A stretch of 64,000 nt of DNA from Octopus sinensis (GCF_006345805.1 NC_043003.1:105586001-105650000); one strand, 5' to 3'; counted from the first letter of the stretch, positions 49,201 to 63,061 are shown. Notes: generated from the letters alone by a model not told the origin. Translations and numbers: made by a program.

Positions 49201-49849
49201 TAGCACATCTGCACTTATTAACTTTGGTGTACTACATCAAATATGGTAGCATCCTCTTTACTATACACAATTACTTACAGCACGCATTGATTTCTTACTC
49301 TGTTTCAGAGCCTGAGACTTATGATACATTGATGATTGATTATGCTTTTCTCATTAGCAATATACAGGTGAAGCTAAGTAAACAGGTCTTCCCAAAATCT
49401 GTGCCTATCACAAGCCAAGAGGTTCATCACAGCCAAGAATATAAGAGTCTGCACATGAATGGAATGTTGGTCCATCACAGGGTGAACTCCTGGTTGTTGC
49501 TGATTGTCAATTTCATCTGAGTGGACTGCAGCATGAGGAAATGAAGTGGCTTACTCAACAATACAATGCACCACCCAGTCTGGGTATTTGTGACACTATC
49601 AGTTGAGAGTTTGCTCTGGCACCCGGTCACCACTATCTCTATTTCCCTTCCAGTTACCATCACCTATTCTTATATAATGTGGGGTAGCCATACATAGAGA
49701 AGATGCTTATCCTTCTATGAACAAGGTTCAGACCAAAATCCATGACATTCATAATGATTGGTCAATTTCAAATTGTTCCAATGTTATTTTGCTCAAAGAG
49801 ATAGAAATCCTTGTGCAGCAACCAAAATCATTTATGCTTCTCCTCCATC

Positions 49850-50070
49850 TACTGAACAAGGGATGCTGAAAAGTTCCTGGCCATGGGTGAAAGAAAATAC
49901 AAGAGAAATTATGATTTTATTCAACATATTCCCTTCTCAGAATCACAAACTTATTGCAGCAGTCCTTTAGTTTTTTAAAGCCCTGTAAAGGTACTCGGAA
50001 GTTGGAGCCTCCAACCAAGCCTTTCACAATACCCTTAAAGCCAGGAACTTTCCAGCAACCCCCCCTCATA
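49850..50070. mobile_element. Mariner-type MITE
   Basis: TIR gggatgctgaaaagttcctggc / gccaggaactttccagcaacccc. Confidence 0.75.
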
Positions 50071-50966
50071 ACTGTCATCAAATGGATCAGCAGTCTTAAA
50101 AGATGAACTTTCAATCCTCAACCATTAAACAAAATATTTTCAATCTCTTCTTAATCTCCCAACAAACATCAATGCTGCCACCATTGACTAGATTTTTCAA
50201 TTTCCTTTTCACCATGAGCATGATTGTCTCCCATCACTCATTGAGATTCAAGCTGGTGTATGATTAAGAAGCTTACTTTATAACTATGTGGTCTCCAACT
50301 GGTTAGGTCTGTACACCTCACTGGTCTTCCGCTGCTATAGGACTTTCAGTAGTAGAAATGATAAATGAGGTCACCATTAAGAAAGATCTATATGTCATTG
50401 GATTATAGTGATAAATGATTAACACAAGTCTTTGTGATTAGTGCTCATGACAGGCCCAAGTGATATAACCAGTAACTGTGTGAAACTGCGGGTTATATAT
50501 CACAGTTACTCTCTCCCAAAAAGGATATTGTGACAATAGCTAGGGGTCCCTCACTCCTTGTGATTTTAATATACACAATTACACCAACCAGGATTTGTAT
50601 ATTTACATGCTAATTACCCCATAGTTGGGACTCTGTCAAGTGCCACTATATTGGGTCAGAGTAGACTTGGGAACAATAATGCTTTCTATTATAGGCACAA
50701 GGCCAGGATTTTGTGGGGAGAGGGATTGCTGATTACATTGATCCCGGTGTTTCACTGGTACTTAATTGATCAACCCTGAAAGGATGAAAGGCAAAGTCAA
50801 CCTCGGCAGAATTTGAACTAAGAAGGTAGCGACAAGCAAACAATTCTGCCACCTCGCCACCTTGGACCTGGGAACAGTAATGGCTAAGAGGTGGTTCCAC
50901 ACTCCTCAAAATCCTGGAACTTCTGAACCAGGGCCCCACTACCGGAGCAGTTTAATGTCATACCCA

Positions 50967-51008
<42 letters not shown>

Positions 51009-51082
51009 TCTCCTCTGTGTGTTTCTGTGGGTTTGTATAAGTATATAAATGAAATTTTTCTGAAATAGCTGATATAACTAGG

Positions 51083-51480
51083 CACAGGAGTGGCTGTGTG
51101 GTAAGTAGCTTGCTAACCAACTACATGGTTCTGGGTTCAGTCCCACTGCGTGGCATCTTGGGCAAGTGTCTTCTGCTATAGCCCCGGGCCGACCAATGTC
51201 TTGTGAGTGGATTTGGTAGACGGAAACTGAAAGAAGCCTGTCGTATATATGTATATATATATGTGTGTGTTTGTGTGTCTGTGTTTGTCCCCCTAGCATT
51301 GCTTGACAATCGATGCTGGTGTGTTTATGTCCCTGACACTTAACGGTTCAGCAAAAGAGACCGATAGAATAAGTACTGGGCTTACAAAGAATAAGTCCCA
51401 GGATCGATTTGCTCAACTAAAAGGCGGTGCTCCAGCATGGTCGCAGTCAAATGACTGAAACAAGTAAAAGAGTAAAGAGT
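51083..51480 (+). mobile_element. Full-length tRNA-derived SINE (24.4-kb family)
   Basis: Complete head, body and tail. Confidence 0.85.
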
Positions 51481-52829
51481 ATAACTGTTTCTTTCACAAT
51501 TACATTTTCTTTCGGCTGTTACAGTATATACTTAATCTCGTTACAAGGTCAGAAATATCAAAGAAGTTTTTAGTAATTTAAATGAAGAATAATTAATCAA
51601 TTTTGGCAGGCATGTGTTCAATAATGATTTTGATTCATAATATTGACTGCTGAATTAGAAGAAAGAAGTTTTTAAGGTGTTTGTTGCACTTTTATTAAAT
51701 ATTTTTTCCAGAATTCAACATATACAAAGGAAGTTTAATTGGCAAATGAGTAGTTAAAAATCTGAGTTATGTATTATAGGCTCAAAGTTTATTATAATTG
51801 TTTTATTTACAAAGGGAACATATCTACATGGCTACATGGCTACATGGCTTGAAATAGTAACTAAATTTTCTTAGAGTTCCTTAAGACATTTATATTAAAG
51901 GAACTTGTGTTGTGTTAAATAAGCTATGTAAAGATAGAATATCATAAGAAAATATAGCTTCATTGTTAGTGATTTAAAGAAAATGTTTTATAATAACTTA
52001 AAACAAGATAATATTAATGGAATTAATAACAAAATTAAGTACAAAACTCAAACAACAATATCTTCAGTTATAGATTTTTTACTGATGTAGAAAATTTCAA
52101 TAAATAATATTACAAATAAAACAATTGTATTAGATTATAAATTTTATGTTGACAATAGTAAAAGATTGGTATTGCAGCTCTTACTTAAGATTGCTGCAAC
52201 TTTTCCAAAAATATTATTATTAATTTCAATTCACTCAGAAAATTTAGAAGCAATTAACAAAGCCACTAATAAATGAAAGACATCCACATTAAAAATAAAT
52301 AAGTAAATATCACAGTCTAAACAGCTAGAGCAATTTAAAAGCAGAAACTCTGAAATGGTATGAAGAAAGTTGTGTGTATCATTCATGTATGTGGGTCTGT
52401 GTGTGTGTGTATATATATATATATATGGTTGTATATATATCTGTATTTATATATTGGGTGGCTCATTCAGGAAGAAGTTTTTTGAAGGTTATCGTCAGTA
52501 ATGTTTTAGTTAGTTCAGTAATTGCACTCACGGCATAGTATATTTCATTCTGTGGATCAACTTCTGAAAAATTATAATAAAGTACATTCATATAAATAAA
52601 AAAAAAATATTTATATATACATAAAACAAAGTGCATGGTGTCATATATCCTCTATAGTCAATTTTACCAATTGGTTTTGATATTAAATGAGATGTTAGAT
52701 AAGAGCAAGGTTAAGTAATACTGAGTGCTGGCCAAGGCTGGCAGGTAAAGGTAAAAATACAGCAACTACTCTCTATTAAAGGAGGTGAAAAAGGCACATC
52801 TGGTTTATGGATGCTGTGAAAAAAGGCAA

Positions 52830-53050
52830 AACGAATGCCACAACCATGTATGGTTATTAAAGGAAAGCACTACAGAGTACAGCATAAAGCAGAAAATCTT
52901 AGAGAAGTGCAAAGTTTATTCTATAAGCAGCATAAAATGTACATTATGTTTAACTGAAAAAAGAACCATGTTGGAAAAATTCTCAGCACAACAACGAGAC
53001 ATCTACTTAAACTGCAGAAGGGAGGTTTTTAACCCTTGATCACATAAAGG
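52830..53050 (+). mobile_element. C-terminal fragment of a Penelope-like GIY-YIG endonuclease ORF
   Basis: NHVWLLKE..YSIKQKILEKCKVY....KCTLCLTEK......YLNCRREVFNP*SHK resembles the PLE C-terminal W.LK...I.W.IL...Y...CxLCLxEK...LNxRxE...CxH pattern. Confidence 0.65.
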
Positions 53051-53345
53051 AGAGTATATTTTATTGAATCTATGGGCCCATCATGACTATTATCCCCAGT
53101 CTTCTACTTTTGGCCCTTTCAATGCTATATTCTAAGAACCAAGCAAAAAGTATAGACAGAGAATACATAAACGAACATGAGCTTACATGTTTGAGCATTC
53201 ACCTAGCAACCCCATTCCCCAAAAGCCCTCTGCAAGTAATACCCCTACACACATTTTCAGAAAATTTTTGTAGAATTACAACATCTCCGAGGCCTTTCGG
53301 GGCCAAGTGATATAACTAGTGATATAACAAGTGATATAGACGAAC

Positions 53346-54494
53346 TCTATAACTGGTTGAAGTCCTTTATTTTTAGCCGAAAAGAGGTTGTCACAGTTCT
53401 AGGACAGCACTCTTCGCCCTATGAGATGACATCTGGTGTACCACAGGGATCTGTTCTTGGCCCCCTTTTATTTGTTGCATATGTTAATGACATAGATGCC
53501 AACTTAAAGAATGGTACAGTGCTGAAATATGCAGATGACATCAAGCTGTACCTCAAAATAAAGAGGTCAAATCCTGTACACTATAGATCTCTATTGCAAG
53601 CAGACCTGGACACAATGCAGTAGTGGATCATTGACTGGCAACTCAAGCTGGCTGTGGACAAATGTACCACCATGCATTTTGGGAGGAGAAACCCAGCGTC
53701 CACCTACTCCCTCCACAACACCAGTCTCAAAAAGTCTTCATGTGAACGTGACCTGGGTGTTATTGTCGACAGTGATTTGCGTTGGACAAAACACATCACT
53801 AAAATTGTCAAGAAGGCTGAGGGTGTCTTGGCATCACTCACCAAATCCTTTGTGAGCTGCTCTCCGGCTATCTATCTGCGGCTTTATATAGCTATGGTAA
53901 GACCTCACCTGGAATTTGCATCACCGGTCTGGAACCCCTATCTTGCCCAAGATATCAATCGTCTGGAGGCTGTTCAGCGACGTGCAACCAAAAGAATACC
54001 CTCCATCAGGCATTTGCCATATCCTGAACGCCTTACTTCCCTGGGCATGGACACATTGAAACTCCGACGTCTGGCAGCTGACTTGGCAGACACCCATAAA
54101 ATTATCAACCATCGTACAAACAATAACTCTGAGCACCTTTTCAAACTCCACCCATCTAACACCCGTGGACATATTTACAAAGTAAGAAAACAGCACAGCT
54201 CCCATGACTTCAGGAAACATTTTTTCACGCTGAGAGTTGCTGAAGCATGGAACAAATTGCCGGCATCAGTTGTTAGTTGTCGGAGCACTGCATCCTTCAA
54301 AACTTCCATGCTTCCTGAGATTCGCCAACACTACACTTGATTTTCTCCCCTCCATACACACACAAGCATGTATCTGACTCATACATTGTTCGCTTTCCAG
54401 ACATTTCTACATTACTGCATGTACTTTATATGCACTTTCTGACAAGTTGTGGTGCACCTGAGCACTTTATACAATAATTTCATTATTATTATTA
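53346..54494 (+). mobile_element. 5'-truncated CR1-clade LINE (RT C-terminal half, 3'UTR, (ATT)n tail)
   Basis: SGVPQGSVLGPLLF and YADD motifs, ...LEFASPVWNP...LEAVQRRATKRI..; a single in-frame TAG at 53621-53623 separates the two ORF-track pieces. Confidence 0.95.
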
Positions 54495-55177
54495 TATAAC
54501 TATTGAGATAACCCTTGCTCAGTTTGGTTTGTCTTTTTTCACAGCACCCACAAATTGGATATACTTTTTCACTGCCAGAAATGGAGAGCAATTACCATAC
54601 CTATTTCTTTATTACCCACAAGGAACTAAACACAGAGGGGACAAACAAGGACATACATAGGTATTAAGTCGATTACATCGACCCCAGTGTGTAACTGGTA
54701 CTTAATTTATTGACCCCGAAAGGATGAAAGGCAAAGTCGACCTCGGCGGAATTTGAACTCACAACATAACGCAGACGAAATACCGCTAACCATTTCGCCC
54801 GGCGTGCTAACGTTTCTGCCAGCTCGGCCAGCTCTAACAAGAATATGATATTACTTAACTATGCTGTTATCCAAGGTGGTGAGGTGTAAAACAGATTAGT
54901 AAGATTAGCCAAAACGGATCTATAATATCATATATTTTGATTTAATGTGTGTGTGTGTGGTGTGTGTGTGTGTGTGTGTGCGCAAGCGTGTGCACACACG
55001 TAGGAAAAAGTATGATAAACACTAGACACATTTTATATCATTTGCATCATCTGCAGTGGGTATTCATAGTGCTTTTGGATGCAGAGCTACAACAATTCTT
55101 TGGGAGAACACTTTATTACATTATACAGATACAAAAAGAATGTTTGTAGTTGGACAGATGGCAAGATTTTTTATAAG

Positions 55178-56429
55178 CATCATCATTTAGCGTCCGTTTT
55201 CCATGCTAGCATGGGTTGGACGGTTCAACTGGGGTCTGGGGAGCCCGAAGGCTGCACCAAGCCAGTCAGATCTGGCAGTGTTTCTACAGCTGGATGCCCT
55301 TCCTAACGCCAACCACTCCGAGAGTGTAGTGGGTGATTTTATGTGCCCCCGACACAGGTGCCAGACGAGGCTGGCGAACGGCCACGCTCAGATGGTGTTT
55401 TTATGTGCCACCGACACAGGTGCCAGACGAGGCTGGCAGATGGCCACGCTCGGATGGTGTTTTTGTGCCACCGACACAGGTGCCAGATGAGGCTGGCGAA
55501 CGGCCACGATCGGATGGTGTTTGTTACGTGCCCACAGCACGGAGGCCAGTCGATGCGGTACTGGCTACCGCCACGTTCGGATGGTTTTCTTGTGTGCCAC
55601 CGGCACTGGTACCACAAAGACACAAATTCCATTGATGTTCATCTATTTTGATTTGTTTTGATTTGATTTTCACTTGCCTCAACAGGTCTTCACAAGTGTC
55701 ACAAGAAGGAAGGTATGCACAGGTGGACTGACTACGTCCCAGGTAGGGGCCACGGGTTATGGCCTGACTAGTCTTGCCGGGTCTTCTCACGCACAGCATA
55801 CTTCCATAGGTCTCGGTCTCTAGTCATTTCCTTAGTGAGACCTAAAGTTCGAAGGTCGCGCTTCACCACCTCGTCCCAGGTTTTCCTGGGTCTACCTCTT
55901 CCACAGGTTCCCTCAACTGCTAGGGTGTAGCACTTTTGCACACAACTATCTTCAGCCATTCTCGTCACATGACCATACCAGCGCAGCCGTCTCTCTTGCA
56001 CACCACAACTGACGCTTCTTAGGTTCAACTTTTCTCTCAAGGTACTTACACTCTGACGATTATGAACACTGACATTACACATCCATCGGAGCATACTGGC
56101 TTCATTTCTTGCGAGCTTACGCATATCCTCAGCAGTCACGGCCCATGTTTCACTACCATGTAGCATGGCTGTACGTACACATGCATCATACAGTCTGCCT
56201 TTTACTCTGAGCGAGAGGCCTTTTGTCACCAGCAGGAGTAGGAGCTCTCTAAACTTTGCCCAGGCTATTCTTACTCTAGCAGTTACACTTTCAGCACACC
56301 CACCCCGCTACTGACTTGGTCTCCTAGGTAGCGGAAGCTATCAACTACTTCTAGTTTGTCTCCCTGGAACGTGGTAGAAGTTGGTCTCTGAACATTTCCA
56401 GTGTTTATTGCTCCTGAGCATCTGCCACA
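55178..56429 (-). mobile_element. 5'-truncated RTE-clade LINE: ORF C-terminus, ~600-nt 3'UTR with ~61-bp tandem units, (GAT)n tail
   Basis: KLEVVDSFRYLGD, KGRLYDACVRTAMLHGSETW, RLRWYGHV, RGRPRKTW, DRDLW; one frameshift near 56305. Confidence 0.95.
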
Positions 56430-57524
56430 GATTCAAAGGAAAATAGATTGGGAGCAAAAAAAAGATAATAAAGAAGAGAAAGTGAGAGAGAAGCTCTAAA
56501 ATAACCAGTAGTAGTTATGCATCAAACTGTACACAAATACACAAAGTAGATTTCAGTAGAATTTGAACTTAAAAGACACTAATTTGACACCAATCAAAAT
56601 ATAATTATCCATTTCTGATTCAATATTTCAATTTAGTTACTTCCCCAACAACAGTGCAAAAACAAACACTTTTTGAGAAAATGGATTATTTTTTTACTTC
56701 AGATTTACTCATCTGTGATCTGATTTATCAGACTTATTATTCTTATAGGGCTACTGATTTAATATGCACCATTTATAATATAGTTGTTAATAATGCTAAT
56801 CCATTAGCCACTAGAGGTAAATAACTTATATAGAAAATTCAGTTAATCCTATTGCAAGTCCTTATTCAGCCTTTAGCACTTCTACAATATTATTAGAAAG
56901 CTTATCAATTTTTAGCTTTTTTTTTTTTTTTGAAATCATAATCCTCTTCATTGGTCATTTAACTCACTCAAACTGCTCTAGTCTTTCTTTCATGGAAATT
57001 CCTTATTTAACGGATTTACTTCTGTAATTTTTCTCCTGTTATTGATTATTAATGTATCTGACACACTTTCACTTCAATACTCTCATAATTGGTTTTCATC
57101 ATATGTCTATCTGGCTAGCCTCAACAGTTGCCACAATTTTCTTCTTCAATTATACTTACAGATACATCCACTCTTCTATAACTCTCTCTTGTCCTCTGTT
57201 CCTCTTCCCTCCTCTCTCTTGCCCTCCTTCTCTCCTGCCTCTTCTCTCTTGCCATATAAAATAGTTTGGAGGCAAATTATGTACGATATAATAAATAGTA
57301 TTTAATTTTTGTGAAGGTGGCGACCTGGCAGAAATGTTAGCATGCCAGGTGAAATGCTTAGTTGTAGTTTGTCTGTTTTTGTGTTCTGAGTTCAAATTCT
57401 GCTGAGGTCAACTTTGCCTTTCGTCCTTTCAGGGTCAATAAATTAAGTACCAGTTGTGTACTGGGGTCGATCTAATTGACTGGCCCCCTCCCCAAAGATT
57501 TCAGGCCTTATGCCTAGAGTAGAA

Positions 57525-58689
57525 AAGAGTGTTTATTTACGCCAGTAGCATAAAAATTCTGCGTTCTGGTGGCAATGAAGTTGTTGAAGGCGTGTTTGGC
57601 ATCGTCTTGGTTTTTTAAGCATTTCTCACACAGGAAGTTGTTGAGATACTTGAAAAAGTGGTGGTCGGTAGGCAAGAGGTTTGGTGAGTATGGCGGATGA
57701 GGCAGAGTTTCGTAGCCCAATTCGTTCAACTCCTGCAGGGTCAGTTGTGTGACGTGCAGCCGAGCATTGTCATGGAGAAGAATTGGTCCTTTTCTATTGA
57801 CCAATGCTGGCTGTTGTTGTCGGAGTTTCTTATGTATTTCATCCATTTGCTGCCAGTACTTCTCTGCTGTATTGGTTTCTCCTGGATCCAAATAGCTGTG
57901 ATGGATGAGACCTGCCGCAGACCACCAAACAGTCACCATGATCTTTTGGTGCAACTTTGGCTTCAGGAAGTGCCATGGAGCTTTGTCGGCATCCAACTAC
58001 TGAGCTGAGCATCACCAGTTGCCACAGAGAATCCACTTTTCATCACAAGTCACAATCTGGTTGAGAAACGGGTCGTTCTTGTTGCGTAAAAGAAGGGAAG
58101 ACAACACTTTAAAACAGCGTTTTTTTTTTTGGTTATCGTTCAATTCATGCGGCACCCATTTCTCAAGTATTTTTGTTTTTCTAATCGCTTTCAAGTGGTT
58201 GAAAATTGTCATATACGTTACATCTAATTCAGAAGCAAACTCTCAAACACTTGTCCGTGGATTGGCTTTGACTAAGGATCTTCGTTGATTGTTGTCAATG
58301 TCCAATGGCCGACCACTATGCTTATCATCTTCAAGACTCTCATCATCTCTACGAAATTTCTTGAATCACCATTGTGCTGTACATTCATTAGTGGTTCCTG
58401 GACCAAATGCATTGTTGATATCGCGTGCTTTTTCAGCAGCTTTTCAGCCTAGCTTGAACTGGAATAAGAAAATTGTGCGAATTTGCTTTTTGTTCATGTT
58501 GTATTCAACATTATAGAAAAAATGGCCTAATTATTCAAAAAGAAAAAGAGTAATACAATTAGATAGAGCGAAAAACGGGCTTTAAAATGATATATAAAGT
58601 CAAAGTAATTTAATGAAAATTAATTTGAAAATACATCATTTAAAAACCAAAATTTAAAATTCCGCAAGAACTTTCTTGACAACATAATA
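57525..58689 (-). mobile_element. Near full-length decayed mariner (Hsmar1-like, cecropia-type) transposon
   Basis: MNKKQIRTIFLFQFKLG*KAAE..NNAFGPGT, KWVPHEL, IVTCDEKW, VTVWWSAAGLIH, LLHDNAR, HPPYSP; TIR-like tattatgttgtcaagaaagttcttgcgg at ~58661-58689; several stops and frameshifts. Confidence 0.92.
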
Positions 58690-59640
58690 TAAAAAGGCAC
58701 AAGGCCTGAAATTTTGGGGGAAGGGACTAGTTGATTACATCGAGCCCAGGGTTTACCTGGTACTTAATTTATGGACCCTGAAAGGATGAAAGGCAAAGTA
58801 AACCTTCTGAACTCAGAACATAAAGACCAATGAAATGCCGCTAAGCATTTTTCCCTGTGCTAATGTTTCTTTTCTATTTTAGGCACAGGGCCCGAAAGTT
58901 TTGGGGAGGTGGCCAGTCAATTAGATTGACCCCAGTATGCAACTGATAGTTAATTTATCGACCCCGAAAGGATGAAAGGCAAAGTCTACCTTGGTGGAAT
59001 TTGAACTCAGAACATAAAGATAGATGAAATACCACTAAGCATTTCGCCTGGCATGCTAATGATTCTGCCAGCTTGCCACCTTCTTATTGGTTTCAAATTT
59101 TGGCACAACACCAGCAATTTTGGAGGAGAGGCTAAGTCAATTAAATTGATCTCAGTGCTCAACTGGTACTTATTTTATCAACCCCAAAAGGCTGAAAGGC
59201 AAAGTTAACCATAGCTGAATATGAACTGCAAATGTAAGGATGGACAAAATACCTCTAAGCATTTTGCGCAGCATGCTAATGATTCTGCCAGCTTGATGCC
59301 TTATGATAATAATAATTCTTTTTACTATATGTACAAAGCCTGAATATATTGGGGGAGTGGGGCTAGTTAATTACATTGACTTTAGTGCTCAACTGGTACA
59401 CATTTCATCAAACCCAAAAGGACAAAAGGTAAAGTTGACCTTAGAAGAATTTGAACTCAGAACATAGAGATGGATGTAATGCTGATGACGACAACAATGA
59501 TGAGGATTTTGGCACAAGGCTAACAGATTTATGAAAGGAGAGTAAGTCAACTGTATTGAGCTTAATGCCCAACTTGTAATTATTTTATCAACCCCAAAAG
59601 AATGAAAGGCAAAGTTGACTCCGGTGGAATTTGAACTGAT
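58690..59640 (-). mobile_element. Cluster of about six diverged Nin-like SINE copies
   Basis: Repeated gacccc..aaggatgaaaggcaaagt..gaatttgaactcag segments. Confidence 0.8.
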
Positions 59641-60003
59641 TGTAGTGATGATGATGAGCTTATTAGATACAGTGCTGAGGAGCAGTGAATAAAGAAATAT
59701 TACCTGGATCATTATATAAATGTAGGTCCATTATTAGTCTTTGATACATGTCCATCATTGTATTTAGCAACATAATTCTATCTTTTGGTTGATTCATAAC
59801 TTCTAATATTCTCCACAATGATGATACAACATAGTTGATATTGAAATTATTTTTAACACAAACCTACAGAAGACAGAAAGGAAAACAAACATTATACACT
59901 GGCAGTTTTACATCCAAAACAAGGAATAATTCTTCTAAAACAAGAGCAGTCCTTATTCTATTGTTCTCTATTACCAAACCAACACTTTTTGTCAAACAGT
60001 GGG

Positions 60004-60042
<39 letters not shown>

Positions 60043-60043
<1 letters not shown>

Positions 60044-60425
60044 TCATCATCATCATTATCAACATTTAATGTCTATTTTCCATGCTGGCATGGGTTGGAT
60101 GGTTTGACTGATGACAGGCAAGCCAAGGGGCTGCACCAGGCTCCAATCTGATCTGGTAAGGTTTCTACAGCTGAATGCCCTTCCTAATGCCAACCACTCC
60201 AAGTGTGTAGTGGGTGCTTTTTACGAGCCACTGACACGGGGGCCAGTCAGGTGGTACTGGCATCAACCACGCTCAAATGGTGCTTTTTACATGCCACCAG
60301 CACAGGGAGCCACTCAGGTGACACTGGCATCGACCACGCTTGAATGGTACTTTTTATGAGTGTGGTCGATGCCAGTCGCACCAGATGGATCCCATGCTGG
60401 TGGCACGTAAAAAGCACCATACAAG
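60043..60425 (-). mobile_element. RTE 3' end fragment with a short terminal inversion
   Basis: Same motifs; 60360-60425 is in the opposite orientation. Confidence 0.75.
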
Positions 60426-60436
60426 TATGGTTACTT

Positions 60437-60698
<262 letters not shown>

Positions 60699-62185
60699 TG
60701 ATGGGTTTCCATACAAATTCTGTTTACGAAATTCACTCACTATAAAATTCACTGGCCCTAGGACTGAACCTGAAACCATGTGGTTGCAAAGCAAGCTTCT
60801 TAACCACACAGCCATGCCTACACTATTTCCCGAGAAATAAAAAGAGAAAATTTAGAATCTAATCATTTTTTTCCTTTAAATTGCCAAGCATGCAGCACAC
60901 ACATTAGCATTAGTAACCATGTAAATGAATTCAGTCTACAAGTTTCCACCATCATCTCAAATATTCACAAATCTCCATTTTGCTAATCTTCCAACATTTG
61001 TAAACGTCATTTTCTGATTGAAAACAATAACAGCTATGTTTTAAAACAAAAATTCAAAGCTATAGTCATCATGTATAATAAAACATAAAAATAGCTATAA
61101 AAAGGAAATATATATTATTAGCTAAGTTAGCTATGTATAGATTAAAGTACTAGATTATTTAGTAACAATGTGAATGTTCCAAATGAAAATGAATTATTGT
61201 ATACCGGAAACTAACATAGAATTTTAAAAATGGGTTCTTTATACTAGAAACATCAAATAGTTTCAATGGTTACATCTAATGCTTCTGTTATTGCTTAACG
61301 GTGCTACTGCATATGTGCCAGATTTATATTCTCATTGCACTGTGCAAGATGTTGAAATTTAGCACAAAACATATAGCAGCAGCAGCATTTTTCCTCCTTG
61401 TCATCACCACCATTTTAACATCCTATTTCTTTACTACCCACAAGGGGCTAAACACAGAGAGAACAAACAAGGACAGACAGACAGATTAAGTCGATTGTAT
61501 TGACCCCAGTGCGTAACTGGTACTTATTTAATCGACCCCGAAAGGATGAAAGGCAAAGTCGACCTCGGCAGAATTTGAACTCAGAACGTAGCGACAGACG
61601 AAATACTGCCATTTTAACATCCACTTTTCCATGTTTACATGGGTGGGACAGAGTTTACTGAGGCAAAATTTCTATGGCAGGACGCCCTTCTAGTTGCCAA
61701 TCCTTACCACATCTGTGCCTACAGCACATATTAAAAAGTATTTTGATGTGAACAATATGAGGAACTGTCTTGTTTAAGGATTTAATATCCTTTAACTTAC
61801 TTCAAAAAATGTTATTATATATATGTGGCTGTGTGGTAAGAAGCTTGCTTACCAACCACATGGTTCCAGGTTTAGTCCTGTTGCATGGAGCACCTTGGAC
61901 AAGTGTCTTCTACTAAAGCCTCGGGCTGACCAAAGTCTTGTGATTGGAGTTGGTACATGGAGATTGAAAGAAGCCTGTCGTATATATATATGTATTTGTA
62001 TGTCTGTGTTTGTCCCCCACCATATCTTGACAACTGATGTTAGTGTGTTTACGTCCCCATAACTTAGCGGTATGGCAATAGAGACCGATAGAATAAGTAC
62101 TAGGCTTACAAAGAATAAGTACAGGCGGTGCTCTAGTATGGCTGCTATAAAATGACTGAAATAAGTAAAAGAACATACACACACA

Positions 62186-62241
<56 letters not shown>

Positions 62242-62405
62242 GTATAGAAGCCATCTTATCATGGCTAACCACATTGGGGAGGGGGTTTTACTGTAGCTTT
62301 ATAGCCCCAAAAGATCTTCGTCTCTAGCTGGCTCTAGACACAATATCTGTGTCCTTGGAGTATTTGCAAAGGGAGGCCATCCCTTCCTCGCAAGCCTGAG
62401 TGATA

Positions 62406-62448
62406 CGCTCGAACTAGTTTCGGGATTGTTGTCCCTCGTCAACGGGCG
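62406..62448 (-). ncRNA. Minimal type-I hammerhead ribozyme motif, U3-G8 core variant
   Basis: CGCCCG UUGACGA GGGA CAACAA UCCC GAA ACUAGU U CGAGCG: stem I 5/6 bp, 4-bp stem II, perfect palindrome ACUAGU. Confidence 0.75.
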
Positions 62449-62889
62449 GTAATCACCAGGTAGCGATGAAAGTGAAGGCTCCTTTGCAAATAGATATAAG
62501 TTTTTCTAATGGCGTCGTTTTTTATATATATACATACATTTTATGTATATATATATATATTATATATATATAGTGAGGAAAATATTATAGAAATATATTT
62601 CTATGAAATTAGTACTGACGAACAATTTCCATATATCAAAACGTAAAACATTTGAAACTTTTCTTTTTATATTATCATTCTCATAAACAACAATAGTTGT
62701 TCTGTAGCGATGAAAGAAAAATAATTCTAATATCTCACAAAACAGAAAAGCCTGTTTCGAAATCTTTCGCTTGAAAATACATTCGATGATCTTTGATGTA
62801 AGGGAAATCACTAGTAAATATATCTGCAAAACATCAAGAATTATGTCCCTTGCAACTCCGAAGAATAGTCTTATCAAGCCTATTTGTCC

Positions 62890-63061
62890 AACACACACAC
62901 ACACGCACGCACGCACGAACGCACACATACACACAATGCATACATACATACATACATACATACATACATACATACATACATACATACATACACACAATGC
63001 ATACATACATACATACATACATACATATACATACATACATACATACATACATACATACATA
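62890..63061. repeat. (CA)n/(CATA)n microsatellite
   Basis: Direct reading. Confidence 0.95.

Noticed and set aside
49309-49367. Isolated exon-like segment with good AG/GT sites
   Set aside because: No compatible neighbouring exons or recognisable protein
62755-62790. Minus-strand GAA-AGAT-TTC-GAAAC motif
   Set aside because: G5 and A9 are missing and there is no stem I or III
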